Below, in pieces: positions 55,568 through 64,000 of a DNA stretch of 64,000 nt; position 1 is the stretch's first letter, and every line of letters begins with the position of its first letter. The notes under the pieces were generated by a model. The model was not told the DNA's origin and searched no databases. It saw only the letters and a program-made list of their open reading frames with translations. Position numbers and translations under genes: made by a program. The stretch is from Eledone cirrhosa (Eukaryota). The DNA is taken from NCBI GenBank assembly GCA_964016885.1, contig OZ024743.1:264244001-264308000 (forward strand), read 5' to 3'.

Positions 55568-55575
55568 TATATATA

Positions 55576-55750
55576 TAGAGATGTGAGAAAAACCACAGAC
55601 CCTCCATCTCAGCTCTACTTTTGAAAAGCAGAAGAACTGCGACACCGGTAAAGGAACCAAATAAATATATACATATTTTTTAAAATAAGACTCCAGTTGC
55701 ATTTTCGATTTCATCTTTTTTTCCAGTTGCATTTTCGAGTTCATCCTTTT
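55576..55750 (+). repeat. Dispersed repeat (family D), inverted copy at 60018-60152
   Basis: About 135 bp shared: aaaaaccacagac..ctctacttttgaaaagcagaagaactgcg..cagttgcattttcgatttcat. Confidence 0.75.
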
Positions 55751-55819
55751 TTCTTTATACTTTCACTCGTGTAGGACACCTCGGTTATTTTTCATTTTGT
55801 AAAAAAACCTCACTATCTA

Positions 55820-55871
<52 letters not shown>

Positions 55872-55874
<3 letters not shown>

Positions 55875-56050
55875 GGAACCAGTAAGACCCCGACAGCTGA
55901 GCTCAAGCCGTTTCGACGGCTTAGCCGTCGAAACGGCTTGAGCTCAGCTGTCGGGGTCTTACTGGTTCCTATTACCCACTCTACTACCTCAAGTATTGAG
56001 TACTTTGGTGCGTTATGGTCCACCTGGTTCCTTACCACATTTCCTTCGTT
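55872..56050. mobile_element. Family A fold-back: perfect 101-bp palindrome (55872-55972) plus tail
   Basis: Arms are exact reverse complements around T55922; the tail matches 27461-27542. Confidence 0.9.
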
Positions 56051-56308
56051 TTATATATATATATATATATATATATAGTATTAACGATACTATTTATGGT
56101 TATGTATATACTAAAACTGTTTATAGTTACTCTTTTACTCTTTTACCTGTTTCAGCCATCCGGCTGAGGCCATGCTGGGGCACCGCCCTTGGTTATATAT
56201 ATTTTAAACCCTAAACAGTGAAATACAGTAATTTATTACAACCTTATTAACAGTAAGATAAATAGCTGAAAGTAATAACATCAGTTGTTCTACAGAGCAG
56301 TTATATAG

Positions 56309-56396
56309 AAATCACATGAATCAAAGTTCTGTTCAAACCATTTATTAGTTTACATGTAAACTAATAAATGGTTTGAACAGAACTTTGATTCATGTG

Positions 56397-56400
<4 letters not shown>
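56309..56400. repeat. Perfect 92-bp palindrome abutting (TA)n
   Basis: Centre tttaca|tgtaaa, with no spacer. Confidence 0.9.
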
Positions 56401-56432
<32 letters not shown>

Positions 56433-56984
56433 GAAAGTTTGGTAAAATCAAAACTTCGGCTGTAGCCAAGCCAACCAGATACAACGAGGAATGTGCTGCC
56501 AAGCACTCAATGAGGAGTTTTTCATAGTAATAACATTCGTTAGACGGCATGAAATATTGAAAGCTGTGGCTGGAAGACCCAGCCACGACACCGAAGCAAC
56601 GAGAAAAGCAACAGGTTTAGAGAGAGAGAGAGCTGTTCTCGGTCCTGTGAATTAACTTTTGTGGAACTACTTCTACCAAACTCCTCCCAAGTATTGAGTG
56701 CTTAACTAATACGGATATAACAAACCAGTATTCTACTATATATATATATATATATACACACACATATATATACATATATATATATATATATACAAATATA
56801 TATATATATACATATATATATATACAATGATATTAAATAAATGGAAACTATATTTTTAAAACCATATTTATTCTATTATATATATGTCATGTGTACCAAA
56901 ACGAAGTGTGTTTTATAAATTTTGACATAACTAAGAAAAATACCTTAACGGTTCAAGTTTTCCTTGTACTTATTACTACATGTA

Positions 56985-57021
<37 letters not shown>

Positions 57022-57024
<3 letters not shown>

Positions 57025-57965
57025 TTACGAAGGTCCGACTTCCACACCGATCTCAAGCTGTGGCACTCCGCCGAGGCTTTGCTCTTCCTCTCAACCACAT
57101 CATCTTCCCAAATACAGGATGTCCTCAACCAATTCTAGCGGCTTCCCGCCTACATTAGTGATCCCCTCTGGCTTCTCAACATTCTTTACCAGATATTTTG
57201 TTTTACTCTCATTCATTGTCAGCCCCACACTCGTCGACACAGTCTCAACCTCCTGCATCAAATCCTCTGTCTCCTTCACTGTCACCAAAACTATGTCGTC
57301 GGCAAATTCACCATCCGATATCTTTTTCGCCTTAACTCTCCTGATCTGAGCCGGTGCTACAGTAAAGCCAGAGTCCCGGTGTTTCTCCAGGGCAAGGCGC
57401 ATATAATAGTCCACTACGATAATAAAAAGGTAGGGAACCAATGTATCTCCCTGGAGCACTCCAGCCATTATCTCAAAGAACTCTGTCATCTCATCAAGTG
57501 TAATGACTTCGTAAAGACCTGAAAATCCGCCTCTTCATTGCTGTAGTGGAGTCTGTTCTGCTGTAGGGGTCTGAGACTTGGACACTGACCAAGTAACTCA
57601 CTAAGATGGTGGATGTGTGCTACACGAGAATGCTGAGGATGGCTCTGAACATTAATCAGTATACACTGAGGATGAAAAGCTCAGAGCTGTATGTGAGCCT
57701 CCAAAAAGTCAGCTCAAAAGTGACACAGAGTAGACTGAGGTTAGCTGGACATACTCACCGACATCCAGAGATGACATTGCACCAAGTACTACTGTGGGAG
57801 CCCCTACATAGACACACTGGAAGAGGAAGACCAAGGTTAACGTATGTTGATGCCCTAAGGACAGACACTGGTCTGTTGGAGACGCAGGACATGACAGCGA
57901 TAATGAGGGACAGAGACCGCTGGAGAGAACTCGTCCATGGATCTTGGGAATTTTACCCGCCCTAG
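57022..57965. mobile_element. 5'-inverted RTE LINE insertion (minus strand 57022-57506, plus strand 57507-57965)
   Basis: Minus: GVLQGDTLVPYLF..FADDIVL..YLG..WKSDLRK. Plus: LRKDLKIRLF..ESVLL*GSETW..RLRLAGH..GRPRLTYVD. Confidence 0.92.
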
Positions 57966-58519
57966 AAAAAATAAATATATATATATATATATATACGTAT
58001 ATTGCACCCTGAGCTGAACGTTATTGAAACAATTGTACATATGCTGCAACAAAATTGACTTCAACTCACTTAAATATCTCTCCCAATGATAAAACTACTA
58101 GTATTTGGGACATGTATATAGTACACTTAACTTGCAAGAAGATATACTTATTCTATGGTGGTAAATTTAAAGTTTCTAATTGCTATGCCCAAAGGAAAAT
58201 TTAGTAAATAAAAAAAAAATTACCAAAAGATGGGATGATGAGAAAATGAAATAATGCCACTATTGCAGAAAACCTGAACGAGAGATGAAACCTAGCTTGT
58301 GATTTTACCAGCTGGTTACAGGTTGCAGATAGCCCGTGACATTTGTTGTTTCTGTTTTCTTCGAATTACTTCTGACTTCAAACCATAACAGCGTAAGATT
58401 GTGTTGCGATTCACTGGAGCCTGAAATCCAAGGGTATTTTTCCTGGTAACTATGATTACAAATAACGTTATCATGAAAGCTAACATAGCATGGCTAAATT
58501 TAATATGATGGTTTTATTG

Positions 58520-58691
<172 letters not shown>

Positions 58692-59085
58692 TGAAGTATG
58701 AGGAAAAAGCCAATTGAATTATTCCATTCACTGATAGTTACTAACATCAAAGCCTATCTGTTTGTCGATTGATGTAGTTTGAGATGACAGTTCATTCGGC
58801 AGTTTTCTCAGCAGAACAAAAACTCTATACAAAGCAGGACAATCATCAGAAAATCAACAGTCTCTATGGAAGCTATGCAAAAAGCAGAAACCTAATGTAA
58901 GTAGTGAACTGCAAAATATTTTAGAATCAGACAATGACATAGATAATATATATATAGTTTTTCCCATCTTTGGTCAGCAGAAAAGAATAAGTGATTAATC
59001 TGACAAACAGTCACTAGTATACTTTAGGGTTTCAAACTGTGAGTGCGTGATACGTGTAAGTGTTATATATATATAATACTTACAC

Positions 59086-59118
<33 letters not shown>

Positions 59119-59164
59119 GGAAAAATTTGAACAGGGACAAAACAGAGAGGCAGTACAACGAATG

Positions 59165-59199
<35 letters not shown>

Positions 59200-59247
59200 A
59201 CGAATAGGTTAGCGAAACGTATTAGCTTAACGCATGATATAGAAGAG

Positions 59248-59283
59248 TATTAACGTTGCAGACGCTAGTCCTTCATTAGAAGA
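59248..59283 (-). ncRNA. Decayed minimal hammerhead, relative of 29752-29787
   Basis: tctt-CTAATGA-a-GGAC tagc GTCT-GCAACGTT; two core substitutions. Confidence 0.45.
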
Positions 59284-59411
59284 TTGAGAAATAACAGAAG
59301 AAATAAAAAGATGTAGCAGTGGAGGAAACACCACGTGAGTGCTAGTTAGTCATTTTGATATACACATATATACACATATATGTATACACACTCACACACA
59401 CACATATATAT

Positions 59412-59555
59412 ATAGGAACGAGTAGGACCCCGACGAAACGCCTTGAGCTCAGCCGTCGGGGTCCTACTCATTCCTATTACGCACTCTACTACCCTAAGTA
59501 TTGAGTACTTTGGTGCGTTATGGTCTATCTGGTTCCTTACCACATTTCCTTCGTT
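59412..59555. mobile_element. Family A fold-back mini-insertion
   Basis: ataggaacgagtaggaccccgacg / cgtcggggtcctactcattcctat plus the full tail. Confidence 0.85.
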
Positions 59556-59701
59556 ATATATATATATATATGTGAATGTGAGTGTGTGTGTATATTTACA
59601 TGTATTTATAAGTAAATTTATATTGTAATATATTATTTTACTAATTTCAGACGTCGATCGGTGTTCATTCTAGACAGATGACCTCTAATATTTAGGCAAA
59701 C

Positions 59702-59746
<45 letters not shown>

Positions 59747-60329
59747 CGCGCGCGCGTGGCCATGTCATTGTCTATGTGTGTGTGTGTTTAGAATACAAGG
59801 GTGACTGAATATTTTGAAAATGCCATTAGAAGTTTTTACCAACTACTGAAAATATTCTGACAGTTCATATATGCCCACATAAGGGATAAAAACGGGCATC
59901 ATTTTTATTCCATTATTTGGGTTTATGAAACGATTTACAGCTATGTGGAATTATTAGATTATTTACTGTAGTCGAAATACAGTGAAAGCTTCTAAATTCA
60001 TTATATATATATATATAAATGAAATCGAAAATGCAACTGCAGTCTTATTTTTTAAAACATATATATATTTATTTGGTTCCTTTACCGTTTTCGCAGTTCT
60101 TCTGCTTTTCAAAAGTAGAGTTGAGATGGAGTGTCTGTGGTTTTTCTTACATATATATTACATGAGAATTCATTGTAGAAGAATTGCTTTTGAAACGAAA
60201 AATGGAAACTAAACAGCAACTAAAAAGTAATATAGTACACGATTTTTCGAAGAATAAGGTGTTATTGTAAAGAAGGAATACATCGATACTTATTTTCTTC
60301 GTGTCCTAATGAGAGGTTAAACATACAAG

Positions 60330-60361
<32 letters not shown>

Positions 60362-60890
60362 AGGTTATATTTAATTTGTTGGGATACAACAAGCAAAATC
60401 TTTTTTATAACTGATATAAAGCATATAATCTTTTTTATAACTGATATAAAGCATATAACTGATATAAAGATATATATTGGAGTAAATATACAATATATTA
60501 ACAAATATAAACTATATTTATAAAGCCATATTTATTTCATTATACATATTCCAAGGGCCACCAATGCAGATTATGGTGCGCTTTCATCAGATAAAATATA
60601 ATATAGATTAGTTTTATAAATAAATATTGACATACCCTGAAAAATGCAACCTTCACGGTTGGAGTCTCCTGGATAGTGGAGTTATTAGATTTATTGTTGG
60701 TTTATTATGCAAATTAGTGTCTGAAAGTTTTAAATAACAGTATATTTAAATTAAGCCGTTGGAAGAGGGAAAAGAGAAAGAGAAAAAGGAAGAAAATGAA
60801 AAGGAATTGTTTATATCCACTTTTTGCCAGTGGGATAGAGTAAACGTGAGTATATTTAAGTGAGAGAGAATATTAGTTATAAGGACAGTA

Positions 60891-61185
<295 letters not shown>

Positions 61186-63152
61186 ATATATATAAAGAAA
61201 AGTGAAATCTACCTTATTTATATCTTTATAAATTCTCACGCGTGTTTCAACATCGAAGTATGTCACGGTCTACGAGAGATGTTTAGGGATATTAATTTTT
61301 CAAATCATTCCCTCGCAATACCCTGTTACTCAACGAAACTTCGCAGAAGAAATACAATGTTTTAAGATTTCAGTGATACTAGTTGCGAATATAGAGAGGA
61401 AGTATTGATAAGTTGATCTATGGGCTTCCAGGAATATTTGGTGCTACATAAATAAGATATGGCGTTGGCTAAGGTATAGTTGATCAAAGGGGGTGTTATA
61501 AGTGATGGGATTGGTTATTGTGGTAAAAAAGAGTATGTAGTATCAGGAAGAAAGTTACAGATAATGATGAGGCTGAAATAGTTGATTTGGTAATAGAATC
61601 GACTATTTGAAAGAGATAGAAGTGACAGAAGTAAAAAAAAATTAATGTAAGGTAATATGTTCACATCTATTCGTCGTGTATTGTTCCTCATTCCACGGGT
61701 TTTCGGAAATTGGTAAAGATGTTGTTGAAAGTCCTTAATATAGGTATAAAATATATTCCAGCAACCCGTAGTGCCGCATTTAATTGACATGCACTAGTAC
61801 ATTTTAACTGTAGATTATCCGAGAGTTTGCTCCTATCGGGTAAATGCATGAGTTCCTGTGCGAAGGAATATTGATATTTTGATATATGGGGTCAACATCC
61901 AACGCTTTTGAAAAAGAAATGGCATGTACATACCCATTCGTTGAAAAATCCGGAGCTTCTAAAATCTACTGCTATGGCTAGGAAAATATGGGAATTAAAA
62001 AAGGAAAAAAAAAGCAACAAAACAAAAACAAAATATATGCCGTGGTCTATTTTACTTTTCGCCTACTCCTACTAATGTGAAAGAAAGGATTGAGTTCTTC
62101 GTGCGATGGAAGTATAGTAAACCTGATAGGAAAGAAACTACTGACCTATAGATAAGATATGATATTCAACTGTAAGCACAAAAACCTAAAAACATTTCCT
62201 AAGGTAACCAATGATTGAAACATGTTACCCTACATACATTTCTAAATTTCTATCCCTTCTATCGCTTTCAAATAGCCAGTTTTATTATTTAGGCGAGTGG
62301 CACCAAATCCACTATCCTATTATATTACTTCCAATCAAATTCACTTGGTATCCTCGCTGAAGATAAGGTCATATTTTATTAGCTGGAATATTTCTGAGGT
62401 ATAAATTAGAACATCGTGACTAAACATCTCAATCGGATATGTATGCCATTGGAATCCTATGTGAACACAGAATTTTCTTTTCGAGCAACCATCATTCCTT
62501 ATCACCCCCAGACCGTACATGCAACTTGCTATTATGCATTCTAATTGTCCGAATGTCTATGGTCGCAAGGAATTTCTATAGTAGAACATTATTTGCTATC
62601 AATTGCCTCCCACATACTTACAAATATAATCTCACTCAAGTGCACGCACGCAGTTACAAAGACACTAACTCATACGTGCATGTGTATTAAGTCATACCAC
62701 TTCAGATCGTCAATAGTTTCTTCGGATCCTACATAGCTTTATTTTTATTTATTAATTAGTAAGTTTGATTTAGATTCATACAACGTTACGTGTGGAATTT
62801 GAAATTAAAGTATTTGCCAGGCGAATTGTTGGGATGTCATGATCCGATGTCTGATGATATCCGGAGGAATACGTCTTACACAAATGTTCCATTTTTGAAA
62901 TTATTTCTGCAGTTGCATCCCACCAATGAACGAGTGGTCTCATGGGTTTATTTTGTTATATAATCGGTTCTGGCACAGTATCAGCGCTAATGCTTACAAA
63001 CTCTAGTGGGTTGCTATTATTTTTACAACTTGGGAAATGGGTAAAAATGGGTGAGAAGTTGATGGAAGAGGGGTGGCAGCAGCGACAGCTATATATTTAT
63101 CACCAAGAGAGAAAGAGAGAGAGAGAAAGAGATGGAGAGCGAGAGAGAGAGC

Positions 63153-63239
<87 letters not shown>

Positions 63240-64000
63240 TGAGGGTGAGAGAGAAAGAGATGAGGAACGAGAAGGCGGGAGGAGAAAATATAAGGAGAGC
63301 AAGAACAAATTCTGTGCTGTGGATATATTTAGGGAGAGCGTAGTGGTGATTGCGTGATGTCTGCGTCAACACTATGAATTCTAACCTCCTTTGGCATAAA
63401 AACTGCAAAGTAGATTATAATTTAATTATAAAGGGACATTTGCTACATTGTTATATATTGAAAAATATATGTTTGAATATTTCAAACATTTCAGACATCA
63501 AACACAAACACAGTAATGTTTTATGCTGGTATTTGTTAAGTATTATATGTCACTGATCCAGAAATCAAAGCAGAACTCTCCTGTTTCTCATGCATTAGGC
63601 TTCGTCAGTGGAAATATAGCTTTCACACACGTTTGCTGCTACTCTCTTATCTAGTTTGCTATACAAAAAAAGGTTAATAAAAAAAAAAACACTTTCAGTT
63701 GTGTGTGTGTGGGGCGGGGTATGGGGGTGAGGAATTTGATCAATTGATAATTGTATCACTGTCATTATAGATTAATTCGGATTGCAGTTGATTACTACAT
63801 TAGGGTGTTAGCCATCATATTTCTTTACGACTCTCAGGGACAGTTGGTAAATAAATGAAAATGAATAATTACATAAGAAAGATATACGAATAAATATATG
63901 AAACAGGAATAGCTAAATACACACATGATGTATTTGGCTAGAAAGATTCATATTTCTCACGCCCAAACACTATAGAGTGTAGTATTGAATATATATAGTT

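Overview
This is a repeat-dominated, AT-rich eukaryotic window, most likely intergenic or intronic DNA of a cephalopod such as an octopus (inferred from Meta-domain SINEs and dense (TA)n/(TG)n tracts). No host protein-coding gene could be supported, and most ORFs in the track are microsatellite artefacts. The window holds at least seven Penelope-like retroelement (PLE) copies or fragments of two types. One type has YRDD/WxNPP/CNC..CPL motifs (Naiad-like) and includes an uninterrupted 713-aa RT+GIY-YIG ORF at 38426-40567; the other is Neptune/Poseidon-like. Also present are a decayed autonomous Helitron with non-autonomous relatives, an IR/DR-type Tc1 element, RTE LINE fragments and SINEs. The most interesting signal is non-coding. 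The PLE terminal repeats, and about 15 short fold-back insertions in (TA)n tracts, share one architecture across otherwise unalignable families: a hammerhead or hammerhead-like motif, then a fixed insertion end, then 3-10 nt later a covarying hairpin RCUC-[stem-loop-stem]-UY-GAGY-RCY, then a second fixed end. I infer this is an undescribed cis-acting RNA element that positions priming at (TA)n targets. All structures were read by eye and none were computed.
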